A stretch of 64,000 nucleotides of DNA from a virus (lineage: Duplodnaviria; Caudoviricetes), in IMG/VR virus record IMGVR_UViG_3300025915_000004, positions 10,597-74,596 of that record. One strand, 5' to 3'. Positions 34,855-44,667 of the stretch are shown here, in pieces; the first letter of the stretch is position 1; every line of letters starts with the position of its first letter. The notes under the pieces are model-generated. The model was given only the letters and a program-made list of their open reading frames with translations. It searched no databases and had not been told where the DNA came from. The translations under genes and the position numbers were made by a program.

Positions 34855-35265
34855 TCATCTGTGCAGGCTCGCGTAGACACCCACCGCGGTCCCCGCAGCC
34901 ACCGCCAGTGTCGTGATCACCGCGAGGAACTTCTGCCACGGCGACCATGATGCTTCACTCTTCGCCCGTGCATCCCGATCTGCTGTGCGCCGGGTGCTCT
35001 CCTGCTGCCGCAGCGCCTCGGCCGTCGCCACCACCGTGTCCGCCGCAGCCCGCGCAGTGGCGATGACCGTGTCCAGACTGGCCTGCATGTCGCTCGCCAG
35101 CTTCTGGAGCGACAGCTTCACCTCGGCGAGCCCGCCCACACCGCGGTCGATCGACCCGTTGATCGCTCTGAGGTGGTTCTCGTGCTCGACAAGCCGAGCC
35201 TCGACTCCACCCTCACGCCGCCCGCGGTCGAACGCCTCCTGCGACGACTCACTCCCGGTGGTCAT
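34855..35265 (-). CDS. Coiled-coil protein with C-terminal TM helix (lysis-cassette type)
   Basis: Heptad region, then WQKFLAVITTLAVAAGTAVGV. Confidence 0.7.
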   Translation of the reverse strand: MTTGSESSQEAFDRGRREGGVEARLVEHENHLRAINGSIDRGVGGLAEVKLSLQKLASDMQASLDTVIATARAAADTVVATAEALRQQESTRRTADRDARAKSEASWSPWQKFLAVITTLAVAAGTAVGVYASLHR

Positions 35266-35635
35266 CGACTGTGTCCTTGTCCGCCCTGATCAGGTTGGTG
35301 TCATCCCTTCGGCGCCCGCGCGGAGTGTCATGCTGCTGGACGCGGTAGATCCACCGGATGCGGTAGAGCTCGATCGACCCGGCCAGGTACAACGACCCGG
35401 TGTAGTACCAGGCGAAAAAGTTATTGCTGACGTTGATACCGAACAGTAGATGAAGAATGGTAGGCAGCAACAGCAGTGTGGTGGCGGAAGAGAATGCGAT
35501 CATGCCGCGGCCCCAAGGGTTCCTCCACCAGGGTGCGAGCATGGTGTACACGGTGATGTAGGCGACCGAACAAATGAACGAGTAGTAGAAACCCGACTCC
35601 AAGAAGTCGATGACCACGCTGTCTCCCCCCTTCAT
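35249..35635 (-). CDS. Putative phage holin (actinophage type)
   Basis: Three TM segments with Y..LAPWWRNPWGR.M motif. Confidence 0.7.
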   Translation of the reverse strand: MKGGDSVVIDFLESGFYYSFICSVAYITVYTMLAPWWRNPWGRGMIAFSSATTLLLLPTILHLLFGINVSNNFFAWYYTGSLYLAGSIELYRIRWIYRVQQHDTPRGRRRDDTNLIRADKDTVDDHRE

Positions 35636-35874
35636 GCCTTTCGTCCCTCATACCCTTCACGCAGCGCTTGTGCCACACGCTCCCCAAGATGATTCACCCT
35701 TTGCATCTCATGGAGCCTTACTATCAAACGCTGCACCTCAGGCTCTCGCGCCCTCGCCTCGGCCACCCTGAGCTTCGCGGACGCCTCGGCGTCCACGGCC
35801 TCCCGCAGGTTCTCCCGGTCCACCTCCTGCTGACCGGACTCGTCCTTTCTACTTCTCCGCAGACGCAGACGCAT
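35632..35874 (-). CDS. Small lysis-cassette-associated protein
   Basis: MRLRLRRS...V..L...L.E....NHLGERV..ALR pattern; lies between membrane genes. Confidence 0.65.
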   Translation of the reverse strand: MRLRLRRSRKDESGQQEVDRENLREAVDAEASAKLRVAEARAREPEVQRLIVRLHEMQRVNHLGERVAQALREGYEGRKA

Positions 35875-36172
35875 CCGGTTCCTCCTTGGGCGCGAGAGGG
35901 AGCGCGGAGATGATGCGGTTGCTGGCATAGCCCAGGTCAAGTAGGTGCTCGGCGTGCTTTGCATCAATTCTGCGTGCCTCCTCGCTGTACTCGTAGGCGC
36001 TGCGCCAACGCGAGGTTTCGGCGTTTGCCTGCGCCACTCGCTTCTCGGCATCCTCCCGGACGTCTTTGAGCTGCTTGTGCCAGACGAGCTTCCCAGTGAC
36101 GATCAAAACCACGATTAAGGTGACCAGTGCGCCCGCACTGGCTTGGAGTGCGGAGGTTCCGAACCCGAACAT
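35849..36172 (-). CDS. Membrane protein (N-terminal TM + coiled coil), lysis-cassette type
   Basis: ALVTLIVVLIVTGKLVW, then W..AY..SEEAR. Confidence 0.7.
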   Translation of the reverse strand: MFGFGTSALQASAGALVTLIVVLIVTGKLVWHKQLKDVREDAEKRVAQANAETSRWRSAYEYSEEARRIDAKHAEHLLDLGYASNRIISALPLAPKEEPDASASAEK

Positions 36173-36174
36173 CC

Positions 36175-38385
36175 TCAGTACACCTGCTGCACACCGGCGA
36201 ACAGTGCCGGAATCTCGGGTGACCCCTGAATCTTCGACCACACGTCGTAGCTCTGTCCGGAGGTCAGCGTAACGACGCCGCCCGGACCCACAAGACACTG
36301 TGCGACATAGCCCTTGATCGTGGTACCGGTCAGCCAGCTGGCCGTGTACCAGGTGACCGGTTGCGCGGGCATGGCCGGTACACCACTGGAGATCGGGAAC
36401 GCCATCTGCACGGCCAGAGGCGCCGTGGTCGGATTGATGGACGTGCCCGCCAGATCCGAGGTCCACAGGACGTTGACCTCTTGCAGGCTGATTGCGGCGA
36501 TCGGCGTGAATCGGTCCATGAGCGCCACCCTCCATCTCGGGCCGGCCGCCTTAGCCGCCCATCTCGGTTGCTGTGGAACGGCACGCCACCGCGGCGGCAT
36601 CTTGCCGACCCGCCAGGACACCGTGCCCGTGACACCGGGCGGAGGCAGGGCCAGTGCGTCGGCGCCATGGCCGGAGTCTGTTGCGGCCGTGCTGAGAACG
36701 ACGACGTCGAAACCGGATCCGGCATCCGTCAGCGTAAGGGACTGCGCGGTGACCGACAGGACGTCTGCGCCCGCGCCGGGCTGGGTGAAAGCCACGACGA
36801 CCGCGGCCGAGTCGGCGCCTGCGGCCGTCTCGGCGAACACGGCCGCCGCCGCAGCCGACTCGGCTGCGGACCCCGCGTCGGCCAGCGTGACCGCAGTCGA
36901 GGCCGAATCGGCTCCGGATCCGCTGTCCGCCGACTGCACCGAGACGACGATCGTGTCCGATCCGGCGCCCGAGTCGGTCAACGAGACGGGCAGGGCCACC
37001 GCCACCCCTGGCGAGAGCAGCTGCGGAGGGATCGCAGGCGCAGCGGCGGCTGGGCGCATCGGACTGAGGATCAGCGCACTGATCTGACCGGTGAGGGCGA
37101 CCGACAGTGTGTCGGCTCCCGTCCCGGTCTCGGACAGCCCGGCCGCCGCGGCGACGAACAGGGTATCGGATCCGGCTCCAGCGTCGGGCAGGGAGGGTGT
37201 ACCCGGAGGAACGGCTGCCAGGGGTTGGATGAGGGGGGCGGGACCGGCTATCGGCGGGGTCGAGCCTCTCGGAGCGGTGATCAGCCCTGGCAGGAAGCTG
37301 GTGAGGACGGCCGCGAGCGCGTCCGACCCTGCGCCAGCGTCGAGTAGCGCAACGGTGTTCGCCTGCGTGTCCGTTCCGGACCCTGAGTCGGCGAGCGGTG
37401 TGACGACGGAGAGCGCGTCAGATCCCGACCCCGCGTCGGGAAGGGCTGTCGGAACCGCCTGGGGCTGCATGAGCGCGGGCGGTGCGGCGGCAGATGACAG
37501 AGGTCTGCTCGGCGGAGTGACGAGCGGTTGGCGCAGCCACGGCAGGACGTTGAGGCTGTCCGATCCGGCGCCCGAGTCGGTCAACGAGACGTTGACTGCG
37601 GCTGCGTCGGACCCGGACCCGGTCTCGGTGAACGCGGGCGCCAGATTGCCTGGCGGCGGGAACAGCACGGGCTCGACGGGTGGCGTGACGAGCGCCTGTG
37701 TCGCGGGGGTGCGCAGGACCGGCAGCGCAACCGCCGGAGCGGACGCGGCGGGTTGGAAGGCCACCGAGACCGCGCCGCAGAACGTGGTCGAGCCTGTGGA
37801 GGTCCAGGCGTTCGTCTCTGCGCCGCCGGCGGAGTTGCCGTAGGCGACGACGACGTTTGCGTCGGCGTTGTTGTTGACGGACTTGTTGTCGACGCTCCAG
37901 CCACCGGTGACGGAGGATGTTTCGGGTCCGCCGTCGTCGGCGAACACGGTGACGAAGAACTCGCCGGACGCGGTGTCCGAGTACGACGGGGTGCATGCGC
38001 CGGCGGATCCGAACGCACTGGCCGCACTGCCGTCGGTGGTTACCTGGATTCCGGAGACCTCGGCAATCCAGAGGCTGCCGACGACCGATGAGCTGAACTT
38101 GATCGTGATCGTGGGTTTGGTGCCCACGTCTCCGGACGGCGTGGCCACGGCGTAGAGCGCGCACTCGCCGTGGCTGTTGTTGTTGCCGAGGTTGACGACT
38201 TTGATCAGGGAGAAGTTGTTCAGCGCGCCGTCTTGGACGCTGTTGATCGTGCCTGCGCCGGACTGTCCGACCGCGAACAGCAACACCGTGCCTGCGGTGA
38301 GGTTGGCGGTGGTGTACGAAAGCGTCCACGTGTTCGACGCGGCCGTGACGGTGTTGCTGTTGGATTGCAGGACTGACCAGGACAC
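36175..38385 (-). CDS. Repetitive virion protein (tail-fibre/baseplate-associated) with likely in-frame internal start at 36519
   Basis: Many (T/P)D(S/A)G.G.D repeats and Pro-rich linkers; GGAGG 9 nt before internal ATG (MDRFTPIAAISL...). Confidence 0.75.
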   Translation of the reverse strand: MSWSVLQSNSNTVTAASNTWTLSYTTANLTAGTVLLFAVGQSGAGTINSVQDGALNNFSLIKVVNLGNNNSHGECALYAVATPSGDVGTKPTITIKFSSSVVGSLWIAEVSGIQVTTDGSAASAFGSAGACTPSYSDTASGEFFVTVFADDGGPETSSVTGGWSVDNKSVNNNADANVVVAYGNSAGGAETNAWTSTGSTTFCGAVSVAFQPAASAPAVALPVLRTPATQALVTPPVEPVLFPPPGNLAPAFTETGSGSDAAAVNVSLTDSGAGSDSLNVLPWLRQPLVTPPSRPLSSAAAPPALMQPQAVPTALPDAGSGSDALSVVTPLADSGSGTDTQANTVALLDAGAGSDALAAVLTSFLPGLITAPRGSTPPIAGPAPLIQPLAAVPPGTPSLPDAGAGSDTLFVAAAAGLSETGTGADTLSVALTGQISALILSPMRPAAAAPAIPPQLLSPGVAVALPVSLTDSGAGSDTIVVSVQSADSGSGADSASTAVTLADAGSAAESAAAAAVFAETAAGADSAAVVVAFTQPGAGADVLSVTAQSLTLTDAGSGFDVVVLSTAATDSGHGADALALPPPGVTGTVSWRVGKMPPRWRAVPQQPRWAAKAAGPRWRVALMDRFTPIAAISLQEVNVLWTSDLAGTSINPTTAPLAVQMAFPISSGVPAMPAQPVTWYTASWLTGTTIKGYVAQCLVGPGGVVTLTSGQSYDVWSKIQGSPEIPALFAGVQQVY

Positions 38386-38474
38386 GGCCGCCCCCGACTA
38401 GTTCAGCGATCCACGGTCAGCGGCGTACCCGCTTCCGCGCTCGGTACGTTCCGCTGAGCCATGGCCGGTCCTCC

Positions 38475-38798
38475 CTAGCTGAGAGGGCCGATGACGACGC
38501 GCTGGCTCGTCCCGAACTTGTACGTGCCCGGCGTGACGTATCCGGACGGCGGCGCCGTCAGCTGGCCCGTGTTGTACAGCTGGTAGAGCGCTTCGGCGTC
38601 GGCCGACGCGTTGAGGGCGGCTTGCGCGGATGCGGCGTCCATGCCCGCGGCCACCAGGTCAGCTGAGGAGTAAGCGCTGATCCATTGGTACAGGTTGTTG
38701 CAGTCGTCCAGCGCGTTGCGCAGTGCGAGCAGCTTGGACTGGACGTTGTTGACGATGTACTGCGCGGTGATTCCCTCGGGGAATCCGATGCCTGACAT
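38475..38798 (-). CDS. Hypothetical virion-operon protein
   Basis: 107 aa in tail gene cluster. Confidence 0.7.
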   Translation of the reverse strand: MSGIGFPEGITAQYIVNNVQSKLLALRNALDDCNNLYQWISAYSSADLVAAGMDAASAQAALNASADAEALYQLYNTGQLTAPPSGYVTPGTYKFGTSQRVVIGPLS

Positions 38799-38834
38799 GG
38801 GCTCTCTTCTAACGGAGGGAGGAGCGCGGACGGC

Positions 38835-39305
38835 TTACTCGGCGACCTTGATGTAGCAGTCATAGGTGACTGCCTGTGCGGAGATTTGCCAGAGCACGAT
38901 CGTGTTGATCGTCGCGCCGGCCCACATGGTGAACTCGCCGGGGTTCCAGGTCCAGATGATGCCGGCTCCGGCCACGGCCTGAAGGTCGGCGCGGCGCCGG
39001 AACGTGCCGGGTGCGGTCGGCGCGGTGCCCCAGGTGGCGGCGACCGTGGTGTTGCCCGCGATGGTGTCGAAGGTGTTGGTCGCCTGCACGGTGGAGATCG
39101 TGCCCGGCGTCACGCCGATGGCTGCGGGCTGGCCGAGGCCGATCTGCGCGACACCCGCACCAGGGGTGTTGAGGAAGACGCCGACTTCGCGGATCTCCGG
39201 CGGGCGCTTTCCGGCGGCGAGCGTCGCAGGGATGATCTCGATGAAGGGTGCTGCCGCGGCGCCGGTGGTCTTGGTCCACCCGACTTCGTAGAGGTGCTCT
39301 GCCAT
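38835..39305 (-). CDS. Hypothetical beta-rich virion protein
   Basis: GGAG RBS; in tail cluster. Confidence 0.7.
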   Translation of the reverse strand: MAEHLYEVGWTKTTGAAAAPFIEIIPATLAAGKRPPEIREVGVFLNTPGAGVAQIGLGQPAAIGVTPGTISTVQATNTFDTIAGNTTVAATWGTAPTAPGTFRRRADLQAVAGAGIIWTWNPGEFTMWAGATINTIVLWQISAQAVTYDCYIKVAE

Positions 39306-39317
39306 TGCCGTTTCTCC

Positions 39318-40001
39318 CTAGGTGAAGCTCAGCGTGACCGTGACGGTCCACGTGGTGCCAGCGCCCTTGGTGCCGGGGGTGGCCAGGCCGTGATTGACCA
39401 TGTCGGCGACTGCGGCCGTGGTGTTCGAACCGCCGGTCGCGGTGCCGGAGTCGACGGCGAACTCCTGCCAGGCGGCTCCGGTGCCGAAGGCGGAGGTGAA
39501 GCTCGCGACGAAGGCGACGGTGACCGGCGCGGCGGTGTCGGTGATCGTCGGTGCTGCGCCGCACAGGACCCAGTTGCTCGTGCCGGTCAGGCCGGTGACC
39601 GACGTCAGCGCCGTGTCGCCAAAGGCCGGCGTGGTCGATCCGGTGCCGATGCCGATCCGGCCGACGGTGGCGGAGAACTGCGTGTTGTGCGTGCCGCCGT
39701 TCCAGTTGGCCGCGAGCAGGCAGTGGTCCCACCCCGCCTTGGTGATCAGATTGCAGTCGTCCTTGCTGTAGACGTCGCATGGCGCGACGCCGAGCCGCAG
39801 GAATCGCCGCTTCGGCAGTTGCAGCCCTGGCACGTCGCCGAGCTTGACCGCGCCCAGGTGCCCGTACAGCTTCCGGGTCACCCAGTCGCTTTGATCCGCG
39901 TCCCACTTCTCGACCAGGATGCTGCCCTGTTCCCGGCCGCCGTCCGTCAGCATAGAGCCGACACCCATTCCATCGCCCGCCTGTCCCTGGTCTCCGGCCA
40001 C
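39318..40001 (-). CDS. Tail-fibre-associated structural protein
   Basis: IGIGTG.T.....DT.L, WQEFAV, TK..G.TW.VTVTL.F motifs. Confidence 0.7.
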   Translation of the reverse strand: MAGDQGQAGDGMGVGSMLTDGGREQGSILVEKWDADQSDWVTRKLYGHLGAVKLGDVPGLQLPKRRFLRLGVAPCDVYSKDDCNLITKAGWDHCLLAANWNGGTHNTQFSATVGRIGIGTGSTTPAFGDTALTSVTGLTGTSNWVLCGAAPTITDTAAPVTVAFVASFTSAFGTGAAWQEFAVDSGTATGGSNTTAAVADMVNHGLATPGTKGAGTTWTVTVTLSFT

Positions 40002-40058
40002 TGCCTGCCTCCCTGCGTTCTTGCGGTCATTGTGCTCTCTGCGGTCACACTGCGACAG

Positions 40059-43000
40059 CTATGTGATCCGGATGATGGCGTCCACGTTGAAGTTGGTGTT
40101 CGATACGGTCGGATTGTTGATCAATGACACGTTTCCGCTGGTATCGATGGTTCCGACGTTCGGGGTGATGGTCGTCGATTGCTGCCCGTTGACATTGAAC
40201 CGCTGCGAGTTGACGGGGTTGTAGTACCCCGATGGCAGAACGAAGATCGTCGCGGCGGGCGTCGTGGACGTGTTGTGGAAGACCCCCGACAGGTGGACGT
40301 TGCCGTCCGGCAGCAGGCGGTACTGAAACGCCTCGACGTTGCCGCTGGATGGCCCGATGGCCCAGCCGGATCCCACACCGCCCGGCGTGTGCCAGACCTC
40401 TTCGACTGCGGGCGATGATCCCGGCTGAACGGCCGCCAGTCCGTTGACCATGACACCGACCGGCACCGAGTTGCCGTACACGTCGGTGAAGGCCGTTCCG
40501 GAGAATGACGCGATCAGGGCCACCGACGCGGTGTAGGTGACCTTCAGCTGGCCGGCCGCCCCGGCGCCGGACGAGACCGGGCTGGTTCCGGTGTGGCTGG
40601 TGACGGACAGGTGGGGTGCGTTCCCTCCGGTACCGCCCTGGAAGTATCCGTAGTAGTTCAGGCTCTGGTTGGGTGCGTGGAAGTACAGGCTCTGCGCCGA
40701 CCCGCTCTGGAACGCTGATCCGACGCTGTTCGGGACGGAGAAGGTCGCCGTCTTTCCTTCCCCGATCGCGTAGCTTCCGATGTGTGTGGAGGACGGGATG
40801 GAGATGGGTGAGGGGAACGAGCTGACCCCGGAGTAGTCGAGGTAGACCGTCATCCCGGAGTTGTACCAGGAGTGCAGGCAGTCCACGGTGATGCTGACGG
40901 AGTCGATCGTCCGACCGCTCAGCGCGCTGACGATGGCCGATGAGTTGAAGTGCGCGAAGCTGAAGAACGTGCCCAGGCTCGGGTCGTTCGCGCAGCCCTG
41001 CTGCATGTTGCCGTTGGTGTTGCTCAGGGTGCGCGGGAAACCCTCGGTGTTGTCGGCGCCGTAGTAGGAGTAGGTCCCGGTCGGGTAGAAGGTGTCCGTC
41101 CGGCTGCTGGATCCTCCGTTGTCTCCCGAGCCGCCGCCGCCTCCACCAGGTGCGGTGCCGCCTGATCCTGCGGCTCCGAAGTTGCCGCCTGTGCCTCCAT
41201 TGCCTCCGCCGGCCGGCGCGGTACCGCCTCCGCCGCCGCTGCTGTTGTGCGGTGAGTCGCTGCCGTCTCCGCCGACCGCGGCCGGGCCCGCCGAACTGCC
41301 TCCGCCTCCGCCGCCGCCGTTGGGTCCGTATCCGTTGCCGCCGTTGCCGCCGTGGTTGCGGATGGTGTTGGTGGATCCTGCTCCGCCGAGGCCGCCGATC
41401 CAGAAGCCCGACGGATTGGTACCGCCGCCTTGGCCGCCGTACGCGTAGACGCTGCGTGCGTCGAACCAGGTGTCGTTACCCTTGCCGCCCCTGCCGTTGG
41501 TTGTCCCGGCGCCTCCGGCGCCCACGTTGTATGTGTAGTCCTGGCCTTCGACGATCGGGTAGTTGGGTTCGCAGGCGTACTCGCCTCCGCCGCCTCCGCC
41601 GCCGCCTGACGCGGAGGTGTTGTTGCCTCCGCCGCCGCCGCCGCCCCAGCATTCGATCTTCGCGGTGCCGGTGGACCCCGCCGGCGCCGTCCATGTGCCT
41701 TCGCCGGAGAGCGTGGTCGTGGCTGTGGTCTTCGCGTAGATCAGCAGTCTGCCGCCGACTGTGTCGAAGACGATGTCCGTCTCCAGGATGGTGCCGCCGA
41801 CCACGCTGGGGTTGTTGATCGTTGAGTTGTCGATGTTGCTGAAGTTGATCTCGCTTTGTTCGATGTCGGCGTTGGAGATGCCGATACCCGTCAGCTGGCC
41901 CTGTGTCGCAGTCAGCCCGGCCTCGTAGGGGTTGCCGAAGACGTCCACGCCGTCGGCCGCCGCCCATGATCCGATCAGGTTGCCGAACGTGCCGATGCCG
42001 TTGTAGATGAACGCGCCTGAACCCGAGCCGGAAGTGTCGAGGATCAGCGTCGCGGTCTCGACGATCGTGCCGTCGATGATTCCGGCGACGACCGTGCCGG
42101 CCGCGATTTGGATCGCGGTGACCGTCCCCGCCTGGATCAGCGCGCCGGGTACCTGCGGCAGCGCGACGACGGCCTGGCCGTACATCGTGTACTGGCTGCC
42201 CATTCCCGGCGTGAAGAAGACGGGCCCGGCCGAGTTGACTCCGGACGGCGCGGTGATGACCGAGGTGACCTGCGTCCAGGTGTTCGCGGACACCGGGGTC
42301 ACCTCGGTGACATCGGCGATCCACACGCCGTTGAGCAGGAACGACAGACCGAGGGACACCGACGTCCCCGGTGTGTAGAACAGGCCGGTGACCAGGTACT
42401 GCTGTCCGGGGACGACGGGGAAAGCAGGCGGGCCCGGCTCGTACGCGGTGCCGCCGCCGGTGACGTTGGATATCAGGCGCAGCGCATACGTGTAAGGCGA
42501 CCCGGCCGGCTGGTTGGTGACGACGCTGACCACGCCAGGGGTGCCGAGGAAACCCGCCCCCGCCAGAGGCATCAGCGATGGTGCGGCGGACGGCTGCAAG
42601 GTCGGCGATTGGAACGCCGTGCCGACGACCCGTGACGCGGCGGATCCTCCGACGATGTCCGAGGTCGGCTGCTGCGGATAGGGGTAGGGAGAGGCGGAGT
42701 CCTGGCTGGCGACGGTGATCGAGGCGCCGGGTGTGCCGCCTCCGCTCGCCCAACCCGCGCCGTCGCCGCCGGTGAGGTACGGATTGGCGTTGAGGACGCC
42801 GATGTATCCGATCTCGCTGGCGGTGATCGGCGAGATCAGCGCTGCCTGGGGTATGCCGGGTACCTCGGTGCTGACCGCGCTCTTGTTGCCGGAGGTGTTC
42901 ACCGCCACCAGGCCGATATAGAAGGTGGTGGTGGACGCCAATGGCTGAATGGTGATCTGGCCGGCTTTGAGCAGCGTCCCGCGCAGCGTGGTTCCGCTGG

Positions 43001-43370
43001 GTGTGAATCCGGGGGTCGCAGAGAGGTGCACTTCGATATCGGCGAAGTCGGCCGGCTGCGCCGCTCCGCCGGTGAACGTGCCATCCCAGATGGCCGTCAG
43101 ACCGCCCGGAGCGGGGACCACACCGGGTGCCGAGGGGACCGGTGGTGCCGGGCCGTTCTGGTCGACCGTGGTGACGGTGCCGTCGGGCTGGACGCCGATC
43201 GTCTGGCGCACCGTGCCGCCGCTCAGGACGAGAAGTGTTCCGTCGTCGATGCTGGATCGGCCGAGCTGGCTGCGGGTCTGCCCCTGCTGGATCAGCCGGA
43301 CCTTCTGTTGGAGCTTGGCCAGCTCCTTGTTGATGGCGGCGACCGCTCTAGCCAGCTGCGGATCGATCAT
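40059..43370 (-). CDS. Large minor tail / receptor-binding protein (FN3-like, CBM-like, Gly-rich and C-terminal fibre-like domains)
   Basis: ATG overlaps upstream stop; P..PS.P...W.G FN3-like region; NP.L.G....W CBM-like region; GGGGG-rich domain; YR...G.V.L.G....TIF.LP.GY C-terminus. Confidence 0.8.
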   Translation of the reverse strand: MIDPQLARAVAAINKELAKLQQKVRLIQQGQTRSQLGRSSIDDGTLLVLSGGTVRQTIGVQPDGTVTTVDQNGPAPPVPSAPGVVPAPGGLTAIWDGTFTGGAAQPADFADIEVHLSATPGFTPSGTTLRGTLLKAGQITIQPLASTTTFYIGLVAVNTSGNKSAVSTEVPGIPQAALISPITASEIGYIGVLNANPYLTGGDGAGWASGGGTPGASITVASQDSASPYPYPQQPTSDIVGGSAASRVVGTAFQSPTLQPSAAPSLMPLAGAGFLGTPGVVSVVTNQPAGSPYTYALRLISNVTGGGTAYEPGPPAFPVVPGQQYLVTGLFYTPGTSVSLGLSFLLNGVWIADVTEVTPVSANTWTQVTSVITAPSGVNSAGPVFFTPGMGSQYTMYGQAVVALPQVPGALIQAGTVTAIQIAAGTVVAGIIDGTIVETATLILDTSGSGSGAFIYNGIGTFGNLIGSWAAADGVDVFGNPYEAGLTATQGQLTGIGISNADIEQSEINFSNIDNSTINNPSVVGGTILETDIVFDTVGGRLLIYAKTTATTTLSGEGTWTAPAGSTGTAKIECWGGGGGGGNNTSASGGGGGGGGEYACEPNYPIVEGQDYTYNVGAGGAGTTNGRGGKGNDTWFDARSVYAYGGQGGGTNPSGFWIGGLGGAGSTNTIRNHGGNGGNGYGPNGGGGGGGSSAGPAAVGGDGSDSPHNSSGGGGGTAPAGGGNGGTGGNFGAAGSGGTAPGGGGGGSGDNGGSSSRTDTFYPTGTYSYYGADNTEGFPRTLSNTNGNMQQGCANDPSLGTFFSFAHFNSSAIVSALSGRTIDSVSITVDCLHSWYNSGMTVYLDYSGVSSFPSPISIPSSTHIGSYAIGEGKTATFSVPNSVGSAFQSGSAQSLYFHAPNQSLNYYGYFQGGTGGNAPHLSVTSHTGTSPVSSGAGAAGQLKVTYTASVALIASFSGTAFTDVYGNSVPVGVMVNGLAAVQPGSSPAVEEVWHTPGGVGSGWAIGPSSGNVEAFQYRLLPDGNVHLSGVFHNTSTTPAATIFVLPSGYYNPVNSQRFNVNGQQSTTITPNVGTIDTSGNVSLINNPTVSNTNFNVDAIIRIT

Positions 43371-44662
43371 GACGCCACCGTAGTGCCGGACGGCTCGTAG
43401 GTGAACGAGTCGCTTCGGGCCATGGTCAGTGTTCCGGTCCTGGTGGCCGGCTGGTACGTGTAGGAGGTGATCCGGTGCCAGATGTCCTGTCCGGCCAGCC
43501 AGCCGTTGCGGACCGACACCAGGATGTCGTCGCCCTGGGCGAAGCTGCCCAGCGGTGCGTCCGGATGGTTCACCCACGTGCAGCTGTCGATCTGCCCGGC
43601 CAGGGGGGACTTGAGCGCGGTGAGCACGCGCTGGGCGAGTACCGAGAGCTGCCCCGCGTCGGTGACGGTCTGGTTGACGACGGAGCCGCACCGGCGCAGC
43701 CGGTTCGCGTCGGGAGCTCCGATCGAGGCGCGCACCGCGGTCGACCCGGTGCCCGCGCCTACCCCGAGCAGCTCGTTGGCGTAGCTGGTCCCGTTGCGGG
43801 ACGTCGTGGCCAGCTGGCTGATGTTCTGGCCTTCGACGAACCGCAGGTTCTGCTGCCGGGTGCCGATCCGCGGATAGCCGAGAATCAACCGGTGGGAGAC
43901 GGCATTCTGCGTCGAGTCCGTCCACGCGTGCGATTCGGACATGTCGAACGGTGTGCCCTGTGCGAGATCGGACAGCGTCTGGCCGCAGTCGGAGGCGTTG
44001 TACCAGGCCAGAGTGTAAGGAGCCAGGGCCGTGATGACGGGGGCTCCGGCGGGTACGTTGCCGGTGGCGGGCAGCACCTGGAGTGTGTATCCGTTGGCCT
44101 GGCGGTTGGCCGTGGTGTTCAGCGTCTGGATCTGGGCCAGGGTCAGGTTGTTCGCCGTCGCGATCTGCGTCAACGTCTGGTTGCCGGGCGCTACGACATA
44201 TTGGGCTGCACCGACTCGGGATGTGCTGGCCGTGGTGTCGACGGACAGCCCGAGGTTCCCGTTCGGTTGAGATTGCAAGTAAGACCAGAGGTAGCGCACC
44301 ACGTTGAGGGGGTCGACGGCGTTCTGCGAGTAGACGGCGCCGTTGTAGATGTTGCCGTTCGGGTAGCCGCGGAAGCCGACCGCGTTCAGGACCCAGCCGG
44401 GCCCGGTGAAGTCGGAGTCCACGAGCAGGCCGCCCCAGCGGATGACGCCGGACTCGACGGCGTAGAGCGCGGTGGACCATTCGTCGAAGATCGGCCGTCC
44501 GTCGCTGCCGATGCGCTCCTTGTCCTGCGGGGTGATCGTCCCCTGGAACTGGTCGGTCGACAGGTCCCAGGTCATCGTGACGCCCGACATCTGGGCGCCG
44601 ACCCGGTCCAGCCAGGTGCCGTCCAGGATGCGCTGAGCGATGATCTGCCAGTTCTCTGCCAT
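43367..44662 (-). CDS. Tal/baseplate-hub-like minor tail protein with LysM insertion
   Basis: R.G..RWGG.L, F..G.NI, D...LGDD..V patterns; LysM YVVAPGNQTLTQIATANNLTLAQIQTLN. Confidence 0.8.
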   Translation of the reverse strand: MAENWQIIAQRILDGTWLDRVGAQMSGVTMTWDLSTDQFQGTITPQDKERIGSDGRPIFDEWSTALYAVESGVIRWGGLLVDSDFTGPGWVLNAVGFRGYPNGNIYNGAVYSQNAVDPLNVVRYLWSYLQSQPNGNLGLSVDTTASTSRVGAAQYVVAPGNQTLTQIATANNLTLAQIQTLNTTANRQANGYTLQVLPATGNVPAGAPVITALAPYTLAWYNASDCGQTLSDLAQGTPFDMSESHAWTDSTQNAVSHRLILGYPRIGTRQQNLRFVEGQNISQLATTSRNGTSYANELLGVGAGTGSTAVRASIGAPDANRLRRCGSVVNQTVTDAGQLSVLAQRVLTALKSPLAGQIDSCTWVNHPDAPLGSFAQGDDILVSVRNGWLAGQDIWHRITSYTYQPATRTGTLTMARSDSFTYEPSGTTVAS

Positions 44663-44667
44663 GCCGC

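Noticed and set aside
38398-38462. 19-codon ORF (MAQRNVPSAEAG...) with a GGAGG RBS
   Set aside because: Too short to support without conservation or expression data.
40059-40400. Diversity-generating retroelement or invertible tail-fibre tip
   Set aside because: No reverse transcriptase, template repeat, invertase or inverted crossover sites seen in the window.
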